A stretch of 64,000 nt of DNA from the NCBI RefSeq assembly GCF_044704955.1, contig NC_091994.1, forward strand, positions 47,554,001-47,618,000. The letters run 5' to 3'. The DNA comes from Pristiophorus japonicus (Eukaryota). Numbering within the stretch: the stretch's first letter is position 1; each line of letters starts with the position of its first letter. Below, in pieces: positions 49,036 through 62,113 of the stretch. The translations under genes and the position numbers were made by a program. The notes below the pieces were generated by a model, which saw only the letters and a program-made list of their open reading frames with translations, was not told where the DNA came from and made no database searches.

Positions 49036-50173
49036 TTGTATTTAGCAGTTTACTGTCCCCCTCCCCTTTTATAGGGGGTACTTGTAAAATATATTATTTT
49101 AATGCCCTCAAAAATTAAAAAAAACACAAAAAATACAAAAAATATTAAAAAAGAGAGCAGTTAAAAGTGTCTGGAGTGTCCCCCAGACCGGGGGGCACTC
49201 GGTCTAATGTTTATTTTGTCCCTCCCCCAAAAGAGTTGTAGAGCTGTTGCGGGGGGCACTTGATCTAATGTTTATTTTGTTCTCCCCCCCCCAAAACAGT
49301 TGTAGAGCTGTTGGACCAAATTTTAATTTGATTTTATATGTTTTAAAGTCTAATTTATTTTAATTGCCGGTTTTAGTGTCCCCCTCCCCTTTTATAGGGG
49401 GTACTTGTAAATTTATGCTTTTAGTGCCCAAAAAGAAAAAAAACCCACAAAAAAACCCCCAAAAAAGGGCACTTGTTTAAAAGTGTTTGGAGTGTCCCCC
49501 AGATCAGGGGGCACTTGAATTAACGTTTATTTTTTTCTCCAATCAAAAGAGTAGTATTGAGTAGTTTAGTGTCCCCCTCCCCTTTTATAGGGGGCACTTG
49601 TAAAATATATTATTTTAATGCCCAAAAATCACAAAAAACCCCCACAAAAAACGCACAAAAAAACCTACAAAAATACAAAAAAAAAGGGCATTGGAAAATG
49701 TACCCCCCAGATTGGGGGGTACTTGATTTAAATGTTTTCTTTTGTTTCATCTAAAAGAGTTGTATTTAGCAGTTTAGTGTCCCCCTCCCCTTTTATAGGA
49801 GGCACTTGTAAAATATTTTATTTTAATGCCCAAAAATCACAAAAAAGCCCCACAAAAAAACAAACAAAAAAAAAATTTAAAAAAGGGGCAGTTGAAAAAT
49901 GTTTGGAGTGTCCTCCAGATCGGGGGGCACTTGATCTAACTGTTAATTTTATCCCCCAAAAGAGTTTTATTTAGCAGTTTACTGTCCCCCTCCCCTTTTA
50001 TAGGGGGCACTTGTAAAATATATAATTTTAAAGCCCCCCCCAAAAAAAACTCAAAAACAAAAAAAAACAAAAAAAAAAGGCATTTGAAAAGCGTCTGGAG
50101 TGTCCCCCAGATCGGGGGGCACTTGATCTAACTGTTAATTTTGTCTCCGTAAAAAGAGTTGTATTTAGCAGTT
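49036..50173 (+). repeat. Same array expanded to about 6 units (one partial)
   Basis: Units start near 49053, 49250 (partial), 49313, 49569, 49777 and 49981. Confidence 0.85.
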
Positions 50174-50821
50174 AGTAGAATGGAGTTCATAGTCATACTG
50201 GTCAGCTGCTGGTTGACAGCAGGTTAGAATATGATAGTCAGCTGGCTGGCAAGTTAGTACTTCGGTAACTAGTTATAACTTCAGTCCCTTCCCTGTTAAG
50301 CATGTTCACTCATGTTGAAGCACTGGCAACACACACACAGCAAAATTGTCTAAACACTAACTGAGGGGGTTCACCGACAGATTGAGTCAGGACTCTATGT
50401 GGGAGTCACACAGTAAGTGTCCCAGGGTGAGGAGCTTGCTGTATGGAGAATGTTTCAGATGGTTTCTCTGGGAGGGAGCTGCCAGTAACGTGCGCTGTAT
50501 CAGTGTGTGGTGTAGAAAGTGTCCCAGTCCTCCAGCTTTATAAGGTGTCTGTATTAATGAGAGAGCCACAAGCTGAGAGTACTGCATCAGACTGTGGTAT
50601 GGCGGAGAGTTCTTGTTATTGGAGAGGTAATCTGCAATTTAAACTCCAGCCCAGGACAGATGAAGCAGAAACTGAGAAATATCAGGCAATAAACGATCTT
50701 CTGATTAAGATGTCAGTCAGTTGCTAACAGTGCTGAGGTGTCTCTGCCTCAATCTGACGGTCTCTGACGCTGAATGGGCGGGTTTCCGATCATTGCCCTG
50801 GTTGGTCAGTGTGAATGGCTC

Positions 50822-50863
50822 TAATTTGCATGGATTTCCTGCCTGGTGTGAATGGGTCTATAA
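50822..50863 (+). promoter_or_regulatory. IgL cluster 2 V promoter (octamer 50824-50831 and TATAA)
   Basis: Identical to cluster 1. Confidence 0.9.
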
Positions 50864-50949
50864 CTGGGCTCAATGGGCAGCTGCTGCCACAGTCTGTCAC
50901 AGATACACTCGGGGAAGGCAGGCAGGAAGCAAGCTCAGTGGCAGGAACG

Positions 50950-50995
50950 ATGCAGACGCTGTGCTTTTTCTGGTCTCTGGCACTGTGGCTGGGCT
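50950..50995 (+). CDS. IgL cluster 2 leader exon
   Basis: MQTLCFFWSLALWLG, GTAAG donor, intron 50996-51100. Confidence 0.93.
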
Positions 50996-51100
50996 GTAAG
51001 TACAGACACTGAACTCTGCTCCTCCCGCAGCAGCACATTGGGCGCTTGGGGTCACTTTTAAAGAGTCAATGTGTAATGTTTAATCCCTGCTCTTTTACAG

Positions 51101-51427
51101 GTGGACAGTCTCAGACTCTGACTCAGCCTCCAGCCCTGACCGTGAAACCAGGGGACACGGTCACACTCGACTGTAACATTGGAACGGTTGATAGCTATCC
51201 TGTCAACTGGTACAAGCAGACACCAGGAGCAGTTCCTCAATGGATCCTCTATTACCATCACTCTCACAGTGCCCCAACCTATGGTTCGGGGTTTACCAGC
51301 AACCGTTTCACATCGAAAGCCAACAGCGGCCACAACATTTACCAGTTAATCATAAAGTCCGTGGAGGTGAATGACGCTGCCGTCTATTACTGTGAAAAAT
51401 GGTTTTCAGCAAGCAGTGCTTATGTGT
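51101..51427 (+). CDS. IgL cluster 2 V exon, sigma-type
   Basis: Open frame with both Cys and the Trp intact; 6 aa differ from V1. Confidence 0.95.
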
Positions 51428-51455
51428 CACAGTGACAGAAGGTAACACAAAAACT
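51428..51455 (+). other. 12-RSS of V2
   Basis: CACAGTG-12-ACAAAAACT. Confidence 0.97.
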
Positions 51456-51771
51456 GGGAGCAGCAAATGTTATACACTTAACAACATTTTGCATCTGAAA
51501 ACATTCTAATGTTTTACATTTCATAAAATCACTTCAATGTTGTCTTTTTTTTTATACAATATTTTCTAATTTATCCCATTTCAGACTTGGGAGCATTGAG
51601 TCTCACTGCCCAGTATTGGGTGTTGCTGACCTTTAATGTCAGTGTGTGGATGTTGCTGAGAGTTCATTCCTTCCTGTCCCACACCAGCTGGTACACTCGC
51701 AATACATGGTGTCTGATTAATGCTGGCACTGGAGCTTCTGAATGTGTTTTCTGTCTGATTCCAGGGTCCTG

Positions 51772-51810
51772 GGTAATTGTATGGACTGAACCCTAGAACA
51801 TCTCACTGTG
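51772..51810 (+). other. 23-RSS of J2
   Basis: GGTAATTGT-23-CACTGTG. Confidence 0.95.
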
Positions 51811-51847
51811 GGGGTGTTCGGCAAAGGGACCAAGCTCTTTGTAGCAG
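51811..51847 (+). CDS. IgL cluster 2 J segment
   Basis: GVFGKGTKLFVA followed by GTAAGT; identical to J1. Confidence 0.96.
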
Positions 51848-52423
51848 GTAAGTGGCTGGGAAATCCCTCCTGCAGGGACTCTCTGGGTTTGAACATTTAG
51901 ACGTTCATTAATAATTTAAACTATTATTTCTACTATTTGTTCGACATTAATTTGAGTGAAAATGCTGATTGCAGTACAATCCTGTTTAGTGTCTAATACT
52001 AACTCTGTTAATTAGTGCTGTGTAATTTTTGAATTCTAATTGAATTGTTTCCTGAAATTATCTGCAGATTGCTTTTTAAACAGTTGATGCAGATAGTGTC
52101 TGGGTCACAGTGTCTGATGCAGCTTACTCCAAACCTGGATGGAAGGCAGTGCTGGAAAAAGTGTTACATGATTTCCCTCAACCCCACCCCCACCCCCACC
52201 CCCACTCCTCCCATGGTTGAGCTGTTTTATTTAACAATGGTGGGAATGTTTTCACCATTAGCTAGATTGGGATGGATTATACTGAAGGCATATGTGGTTT
52301 GGTTAATAGTACTCTTGCCCCTGAGTCAGAAGTTTGTTCCACTCCAGACTAGGCTGACACTCCAGTGCCATACTGAGGGAATGCTGCACTGTCAGAGGTG
52401 CTGTCTTTTGGCTGAGATGTCTG

Positions 52424-55400
52424 AAACATAGAAACATAGAAAATAGTTGCATGAGTAGGCCATTTGGCCCTTTGAGCCTGCACCACCATTCAATAAGATC
52501 ATGGCTGATCATTCCCTGAGTACCCGTTTCCTACTTTCTCTCCATAACCCTTGATCCCCTTAACCGTATGGGCCATATCTAACTCCCTCTTGAATATATC
52601 CAATGAACTGGCATCAGCAACTCTGCTGCAGGGAATTCCACAGGTTAACAACTCAGTGAAGAAGTTTCTCTTCATCTCAGTCCGAAATGGCCTACCCCTT
52701 ATCTTAAGACTGTGTCCCTGGTTCTGGATTTTCCCAACATCTGGAACATTCTACCTGCATCTCACCTGTCCCGTCCCATCCTGTAAGAATCTTACATGTT
52801 TCGACGAGATCCCCTCTCATCCTTTTAAACTCCAATGTGTATAAAGGCCTTGTTGATCCAGTGTCTCCTCATATGTCAGTCCTGCCATCCTGGGAATCAG
52901 TCTGCTGAACCTTCGCTGCACTCTCTCAATAGCAAGAATATCCTTCCTCTGATTAGGAGACCAAAACTGAACACAATATTCCAGGTGAGGCCTCACCAAG
53001 GCCCTGTACAACTGCAGTAAGACCTCTCTGCTCCCATACTCAAATCCCTTAGCTATGAAGGCCAACATACCATTTTCTGCCTTCACTGCCTGCTGTACCT
53101 GTGTGCCAACTTTCAAAGACTGATGAACCATGACACCCAGGTCTCGTTGCACCTACCCTTTTCCCAATCTGCCGTCATTCAGATAATCTGTCTTCGTGTT
53201 TTTATTCCCAAAGTGGATAACTTTACATTTATCCACATTATACTGCATCTGCCATGCATTTTCCCACTCACCTAACCTGTCCAAGTCACCCTGCAGCCTC
53301 TTAGTGTCCCCCTCACCGCTCTCACTGCCACCCAGTTTAGTGTCATCTGCAAACTTGGAGATATTACACCCAATTCCTTCATCCACATCATTAAAATATA
53401 TTGTAAAGAGCTGGGCTTCCCAGCACTGAGCCCTGCGGCACTCCACATCACTGCCTGCCATTCTGAAAAGGACTCGTTTATCCCGACTCACTGCTTCCTG
53501 TCTGCCAACCAGTTCTCTATCCACTTCAGTATATTAACCCCAATACCATGTGCTTTGATTTTGCACACCAATCTCTTGTGTGGGACCTTGTTAAAAGCCT
53601 TTTGAAAGTCCAAATACACCACATCCACTAGGTCTCCCTTGTCCACTTTACTGGAATTCTTTTGAGCGTGTAACTAGAAGATTTGTCAAGCATGATTTCC
53701 CCTTCATAAATCCATGCTGACTTGGACTGATCCTGTCACTGCTTTCCAAATGCGCTGCTAATTCATAATAATTGATTCCAACATTTTCCCCACTACTGAT
53801 GTCAGGCTAACCGGTCTATAATTACCTGCTTTCTCTCTTCCTCCCTTTTTTTAAAAAGTGGTGTTACATCAGCTACCCTCCAGTCCATTGGAACTGATCC
53901 AGAGTCGACAGACTGTTGGAAAATGATCACCAATGCATCCACTTTTTCTAAGGCCACTTCCTTAAGGACTCTGGGATGCAGACTATCAGGACCTGGGAAT
54001 TTATTGACCTTCAATACCATCAATTTCCTTAACAATTTCCTGCCTAATAAGGATACCCTTCAGTTCCTCCTTCTCACTAGAGCCTTGGTCCCCTAGTATT
54101 TCAGGAACGTTATTTGTGTTTTCCTTCGTGAAGACAGAACCAAAGTATTTGTTCAATTGGTCATCCAATTCTTTGTTCCCCATTATAAATTCACCTGAAT
54201 CTGACTGCAAGGGACCTACATTTGTCTTCACTAATCTTTTTCTCTTCACGTATCTATGGAAGCTTTTGCAGTCAGTTTTTATGTTCCCGGCAAGCTTGCA
54301 TTCGTGCTCTATTTTTAGCCCTCTTAATTAAACCCTTTGTCCTCCTCTGCTGTATTCTAAATTTCTCACAGTTCTTGGGTTTGTTTTTTCCTGGCCAATT
54401 TATATGCCTCTTCCTTGGATTTAACACTATCCTTAATTTCCCTTGTTAGCCACGTTTGAGCCACCAACCCTGCTTTTCTTTTACTCCAGACCGGGGTGTA
54501 CAATTGCTGAAGTTCATCCATGTGATCTTTAAATGTTTGCCATTGCTTATCCACCGTCAACCCTTTAAGTATCACTCGCCAGTCTATTCTAGGCAATTCA
54601 TGCCTCAAACCATCGAAGTTACCTTTCCTTAAGTTCAGGACCCTAGTTTCTGAATTAACTGTCACACTCTATCTAAATAAAGAATTCTACCATGTTATGG
54701 TCATTGTTCCCCAAGGGGCTCCTAAATGTTGAATTCCCAGCCTTGGTCACCCTGGAGTCATGTCTCCGTGATGCCAATGACATGTTATCTGTCAACTGCT
54801 ATCTGCGCAGTTAATTCGTCCACCTTATTCCGAATACTCCTCGCATTGAGGCACAGAGCCTTCACGCTTGTCTTTCTAACACACTTTGCCCCTTTTAGAA
54901 TTTTGGTGTAATGTGGCCCTTTTGGCTTTTTGCCTTGGGTTTCTCTGCCCTCCACTTTTACTTTTCTTCTTTCCATCTTTTGCTTCTACCCCCATTCTAC
55001 TTCCCTCTGTCTCCCTGCATAGGCTCCCACTTCCCTGCCATATTAGTTTAACTCCTCCCCAACAGCACTAGCAAACACTCCCCCGAGCACATTGGTTCCG
55101 GTCCTGCCCAGGTGCAGACCGTCCGGTTTGTACTGGTCCCACCTCCCCCAGAGCCGGTTCCAATGTCCCAGGAATTTTAATCACTCCTCAAGCCACGTAT
55201 TCATCTGAGCTATCCTGCGATTCCTACTCTGACTAGCACGTGGCACTGGTAGCAATCTTGAGCATACTACTTTTGAGGTCCTACTTTTAATTTATCTCCT
55301 AGCTCCCTAAATTCGTCTCGTAGGACCTCATCCCATTTTTACCTATATCGTTGGTGCCTATATGCACCATGACAACTGACTGTTTACCCTCCCTTTTCAG

Positions 55401-55444
55401 AATGTCCTGCACCCGCTCCCAGACATCCTTGACCCTTGCACCAA
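52424..55444 (-). mobile_element. CR1 LINE in the J-C intron, copy 2
   Basis: Paralog of 6236-9520 with the same ATGTCTG TSD and different internal deletions. Confidence 0.93.
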
Positions 55445-55759
55445 ATGTCTGCCTTCTCGAGGTAGATGTAAAATATCTTGTGGCACTATGTTGAAGAGCA
55501 GTGGTTATCCACGGGTGTTCGGTCAATATTTATCCATCGATCAACATCACTTGATATTATCAAATTGCTGTTTGTCGGACTTGCTGTGTGTAATTTAGCT
55601 GCTGTGTTTTCTACATTACAAAAGTGACTATTTTTAAAGTACATAATTGTCTGTAAAGCCCTTTGGGACATCATGAAAGGTGCTATATAAATGCAAGTGT
55701 CTCTTTCTATTACATTAAAACATTGAAAAAAAAATTGCATTTATGTAGCACCTTTTTAA

Positions 55760-56980
55760 AAGAATCCATGGAAGAGATAGCAGACGTATTACTACACATA
55801 TTGAATAATTAATTAGAAAACAGTGTACTGCCAGAGGACTGATGAAAGCTTAATGTTCTATCCCCCTTAAATATAGGTATTGCATGTCCAATTAGCTTAA
55901 CATCGGTGGTAGGAAAAATAATGGAATCTCTCTACTAAAGGAGAAAATAAGATCTGGAGACTAAAAATATAATGAATGGTCAGCATGGATTTCAAAAGGG
56001 AAATTCTTGCTTGACCAACCTTATTGAAATTTTTGAAGATATAACAGAGGGAGTGAACAATGGTAATGAAGGAGATGTAATTTATCTAGATTTTCAAAAG
56101 GCCTTGGATAAGGTAGCCCATAATAGACTGATGAGCAAGGTCAGAGAATGTGGAGTGAGGGGACAAGTAGCGGAATGGATCATTATCTGGCTTCAGGACA
56201 GAAAGCAGAGAGTAGGAGTAAAGGGTAGCTATTCACAGTGGCAGAAGGTGGGTAGTGGTGTCCCACAAGGATCAGTGCTGGGGCCACTGCTGTTCACAAT
56301 TTACATCAATTGATTTAGACGTTGGAATTAAAAACACAATTTCTAAATTTGTGGATGGTGCCAAATTGTGAGGAGTGAGTGAATAGTCAATACCAAGGAG
56401 TACTGCAACAAATTACAGGAGGACATTAATAAACTTGCAGAATGGGCATTTCACTGGCAAAATGAAGTTCAAAACAGATAAATGTGAGGTGTTACATTTT
56501 GATAGGAAGAATAGGGAGGTCACGTATTACTTGGAGGGTGCGAGTCTCGGTGGGGTAGAGGAACAAAGGGATCTGAGTACAATTCACAAATCGGTAAAAG
56601 TTGTGACACAGGTTAGCAAGGCAATAAAAAAAGCAAACCAAGCACTGGGGTTTAGTTCTAGAGGTATAGAATTGAAAAGTAGGGAAGTTATGCTAAACCT
56701 GTGTTGAACCTTGGTTAGACCACACTTGCACTGTGTCCAGTTCTGGTCGCCATATTATAAAAAGCATGTAGGGGCACTGGAGAGGGTGCAGAGAAGATTT
56801 ACAAAGATGATGCCTGAAATGTGAGGGTATACATATCAGGAAAGGATGAACAGGCTGGGTCTCCTCTCTTGAACAAAGGTGGCTTAGGAGTGACCTATTA
56901 CAGGTCTTTTAAATTATGAAAGATTTTCATAGAGTCGATAGAGAGAATGTTTCCACTTGCAGGGAAGAGCTTAACTAGTG
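55760..56980 (+). mobile_element. CR1 RT fragment, copy 2
   Basis: Paralog of 9840-11050. Confidence 0.9.
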
Positions 56981-58890
56981 TCTTTTTCAGAAAGATAGCA
57001 CCACTAATAATGCATTACTGTACTTGTGAGTACTGCACTGAAATGTTGGCTGAGACATAGTCCATATATTTCTCCTTCCCAATTAGACTGCTCACGATCT
57101 GTCGGTCTGGATCTGTTTATTACCATAGATGATGCCGAGTGTTCATTATTCTGTCATTCTTACCCATCCCCAACATTCCCCAATATTCTGATTTGAATTA
57201 TGATGCGTTGCGCTTTAATTCACATTTGTCTGCACCGATTTCATCCTGATCATCAATTTCCCAAAATTTACTCCCTCCCTGCGCCAGTTGAGGTACTCAA
57301 CACTGCATTTTGAGCCAGTTCAGAGATGCCGAACCCCATCCAATTCTCTACCCCCATACTCTCAGACACTATACCCCATCCAACACCCTACACTCTCTCA
57401 ATTCCTCACAGTTCATGCTGGAATTCCCCTTCTGACTCTCATCCAAAAAAGCACTGCTCCCAGCCTCTACTCCCTTCCCTCTTCCCTTCATAGCCATCCA
57501 TTTCCCTCGGCACTGCTCCTTTGTGTCCTGTTGCTAAATGATTCTGGTTGCTGCACATTAAGGCTGGAGCTGGGTACAAGTTCTGGGTACAATTTCCGCC
57601 CCCCCACCGCCGGTGGGGTGTGGGGACCATAATCTATCTGTAGCTGGACTCCAGTCAGAACGACACTGCTGTGAAAAGGCTGGATGGTTTGTGCTGATGT
57701 TTGGCATTGACCGCTAACACCCGGACTGGGCCCACACCACTGGCTCACTGAATTCTGTCGTTTGCCGTGTCGACACTGAGCCTGTGCCGGTGGGTTAGTG
57801 TTGCTGCATCGTGAACATCTCCGGCTGCCCCACATCAGCACTTGTACATTTTCCTTTTTTGTTTAAACAAAACACTTTGCAACTTCCTATTTCTGACCAT
57901 GTACACTTGGATATTGAGGATCGTACCTCCCATTCCCTCAGGATCCTGTCCATGGGAGTTGTGAGCCAGCCCCATCTTGCCCTAAATGACCATTCTTCAT
58001 AGATTGGCCGGGACAGTGAGTGTTAGTGGATCATTCACCTGTCAATGGCCTTGTCTTGTCCTCGCCTCACACCCACAACAGCGCACCTTCCCAGTTGGGG
58101 AGTGGCAGGTGGGAAAAGGGGACGTTGGCGTTTTGTTCCCCTCTCCCAACCTCTGGGTAATGTGCCAATTGGAGCAACATCGCTGCCCATGGACCGACTG
58201 GTCTGTGGAGCTCGGGACCACACAGTACCCTTACCCACTGGCACAGGGGAGGGTTTGAGATCTTTTTATCCTTCCTGTGGCAGTGGGTGGCAACGCAGGG
58301 GCATTAGTGATGGGTGGGAAGGGGTGAATTGTAGAGGTGGAATGTGCAGCCGGTAGGACAGGGTGTGGGCACATTACACGGGTATGATACCACTTTACAC
58401 TGGCAGTGTGTCTCCAAGTCCTTTAATGGCTCAGTGCCAAAACACATCACTCTTTGGGGCAGATTTTTAACTTGCAATCAAAGGTTGTAGAGGTCACTGG
58501 TTTGTGGTCAGAGATCCAGGGTCACTCCTCTCCCTAACCAGGGATACTGAGGCCAAGTGAAGGGTCCCTGGTGCACTCGCCCTAGATCAGCCACCTTGGC
58601 ACAGACCGGGGATGGATCCTGGGAGCAGGAGGTGAAGTCCCAGAGCGAGTGATGCTCTAATCCACCCAGTCACCAGGAGGATACGAAAACAATAATTGTA
58701 CGTCAAGAAATTGTCGTCCTTTGTTTTGACAAACCATGTTCAACCTTAAAGGGGCAATGCACTCACTGTGAACTTCTGGGGCCCACTTTCGGAAGATGCA
58801 ACCGTTAAAATCTGCTTCTATTAAACTCTGAAATATGTTAAACATTTCAATAACTTTATTCAAACACTCCTTCTCTGGTTCCTATTGCAG

Positions 58891-59213
58891 CTCAGCAACT
58901 CCCTGAACCTTCACTAAAAGTGCTCGGGCCTTCGGCCGAGGAGATGAGCGCTAAAGGAGCAGGCACGTTAGTTTGCCTGGTCAACAAACTGTCCATGGGC
59001 TTCGCTGTGGTCAGCTGGACAGTTGATGGGAGTCCGACGAGCAGTGAGGTCCAAACCAGCGCGGTGTCGCGGAACACGGACAACACCTTCAGTCTCAGCA
59101 GCTACCTGACGGTCCCCGGCACAGACTGGAGCAGTGGGAAGGTGTACTCCTGTACAGTTCAACAAGGGACAGCTTCGAAAACATCCGCTACAGTCGCACA
59201 ATCCGACTGTTAA
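58891..59213 (+). CDS. IgL cluster 2 C exon
   Basis: Intact; 3 aa differ from C1 (S>N, A>V, M>T). Confidence 0.96.
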
Positions 59214-60984
59214 ATAGATCGAAGCTTCACTCGCGTATGCTGCCTGATTATTGGGGCAGTGTCACTTGCCCCATTATCCACCCTGTATCCCTCAGCAACC
59301 CCATCTTCTTTCCCCTACCCCATTCTCCACCCTCTCCCCTTGGTCTCTGCTGCATTTTGTGCTTCTGGTTTGCATTGTGTGGTTCTGCTGTAACATTTGA
59401 AGTGTTTGTACCCGAGGCAGGTTTGTTCAGCTTCTCCTATTAAGAGGCTGCACAAGGGTTACAGTGACCAGATACTGGTCTAGAGTCAGAAAGTTCATTT
59501 GAAATTGGTAGTTTGTTCAACAACACCTGAAGGATTTAATGAAAATGATTAATGAAGATTGTTTATGATCTGCCAACAGCATCAGGCTGACAATGATGGT
59601 CTGTGACTGATCTAACTTCCAATAAAGAGAATCTGTGTAGGAAATATTTGCGTGCTTTGTCACCTTGTGTGCCCTCCCCAGCCCTGACACCACCAAGTGG
59701 GCTAGATGTGAAGGGACCCAACACTTTGCTCCAATTCTGATTCTGTCTCCATTAAACCAAGAATGTTGAGGGAAGCCATGGAATTGTAGAAATTTTTTGC
59801 ACTGAAGGAGGCCATTTGGCCCATCGTGTTTGTGCCGGCTGTAAAACAGCTATCTGCCTAATCCCACTTTCCAGCTCTTGGTTCATAGCTTGGCAGGTTA
59901 CGGCATTTTAAGTGCATATACAGGTACTATTTTAAGTGATTGTTTCTACCTCTACCATCCTTTCAGGCAGTGAATTCCAGACCCCTAGCACACTCTGGGT
60001 GAAAACATTTCTCAACACCCCCGCTAATCTATGTAAATCCATGCCCCTGCTGATTGACCCCTCTGCTAAGGGATTGATCAAGGGGTTTCAAAATCTTATA
60101 CACCCAAGTTAAATCTCCACTCAGGTGTTCCAAAGAAAACAACCCCAACCTCTCCAATCTTTCCTCGTAGTTAATATCCTCGTAAATCTCCACTGTACCT
60201 TCTCTCGTGCAATCACATCCTTTCTGTAATATGGTGATCAGAACTGTATGCAGTACTCCAGCTGTGGCATAACTAGTGTTTTATATAGTACAAGAATACA
60301 ACCCCCTCCTCCTCTTCTATCAATCTGCGGCTAATAAAGTAAAGTATCCCCTTTGTCCTTAACCGCATTATCTTTTTGTCCTGTTACATTCTGTGGACAT
60401 GCACTGCAAGATCCCTCTGTTCCTCTACAACTCCTAGTATCCTACCATTTATTGTACATTCTGTGCCTGGTTATCCTTCCCCAAATGCATTACCTCACAT
60501 TTCTCATGATTAAAGTTCATTTGTCACTTTGCTGTCCACCTGGCCAGTCCATTGATATTTTGCTGCAGTCTACAACTTTCTTCCTCACTATCAACTGCAA
60601 GGCCAATTTTCGTATCCTCAGCAAACCTCTTAATCATGCCCCCTGCAAAAAAGTCTAAATTAATTCCACGGACTGATTAGTCAGAGGAAATTGCAGCAGA
60701 TCTGACCACCATCTTTCAAAGATCCTTGGATATGGAAGTTGGGTCAGATCTGTGGAGGGATGCCACTGTAACACATTGTTTTTAAGGAATGAACTAGCTA
60801 ACAGTAGACCAGTCAGATTAACAGCAGCAATGGTATTCGAGAGGCCACAATAGAGGATCAATTAATACTCACCTGGAGACATGAGCTCTAAGAAGAGCAA
60901 GCAAGGTTTCATATGTGGCATTTAATAGAACTCCCTTTTAAGAGAGAGGCTATTGATGAATGAAATGCAGCAGATGTATATATG

Positions 60985-62113
60985 TATAATAACTCGAGTC
61001 TTGTTACTGTAAACGGCCTTGGGTGTAAACCTGATCCAACTTTATTCACGCTCAAAGTACCCGTGTGACATAGTACCCACTTTTATATACCAGTGACCGT
61101 GCGCAAGCCCGTACAGCCCGATGACCTGCGACAGTGGTGACCCCAAGCATCAATACATAACGTTCCCTTTCAAGACCTTAATATCAGTCTCATTACAAAT
61201 TAAGATGTTCTGGGATTTTCCTCTCACAAGTTGATCGTCTCAGTTCAACTTTAGTTCTAGGCGAGCGTTCTGAGTCAGTTGTGACTGAAGGCTGAGTAAC
61301 CGATCTGATGGGAGTGGTAATGACCACATCAGAGGCTGAAGGTCCAGGTTCAGTAATGACAGCAAAGTCCTTTGATGAATGAACATTGGTTGGTTGGTTG
61401 GCCACTGCCTGCATATTCCGCAAATGGTTCCAGTTCATCCGTGTGCCATGGTCTTACCTGATCAACATGTTTCCTGCATGTTTGCCCATTCTCAATCATA
61501 GCTGTAGATGTACTGGATGACATAATACTATACTCTATCCACTTTGAATATGCATCCAACACAACAAAAAACATTTTGCCCATGAAAGGGCCCACAAAAT
61601 CGATGTGGATCCTCGACCATGGTTTAGATGGCCACGACCAAAGACTCAGCGGGATTCCGCTGGTACTTTTTGTAGCTGCATGCAAGTATTGCACTGATTC
61701 ACACATTCCAGATCAGAGTCAATTCCAGGCCACCATACATGAGACCTAGCAATGGCTTTCATCAGGACAATACCGGGATGAGTGCTATGTACTTCACGTA
61801 CAAATTTTCCTCTATCTTTCTTAGGCATAATGACTTGATTACCCAACAGTAAACAATCTGACTGACTGGACAGCTCATCTGTGTGATGGTTGGTCTCATC
61901 ACACATCTCCATAGGTATTGCAGACCAATGACCACTGAGGACACAACATTTCACAATCGATAAAATAGGGTCATGGCTGGTCCAGCTCCTAACTTGTTGA
62001 GCAGTGACAGGAGTTCCTTCACTCTCAAAAGCATCCATTAATAACAGTAGATCTGCAGGTTGAAGCGTCTCCATATCAGGTGTGGGCAAAGGCAGACGAC
62101 TCAGTGCACCGGC
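60985..62113 (-). mobile_element. Gypsy A 3' LTR and integrase remnant, copy 2
   Basis: Paralog of 15045-16199. Confidence 0.9.
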
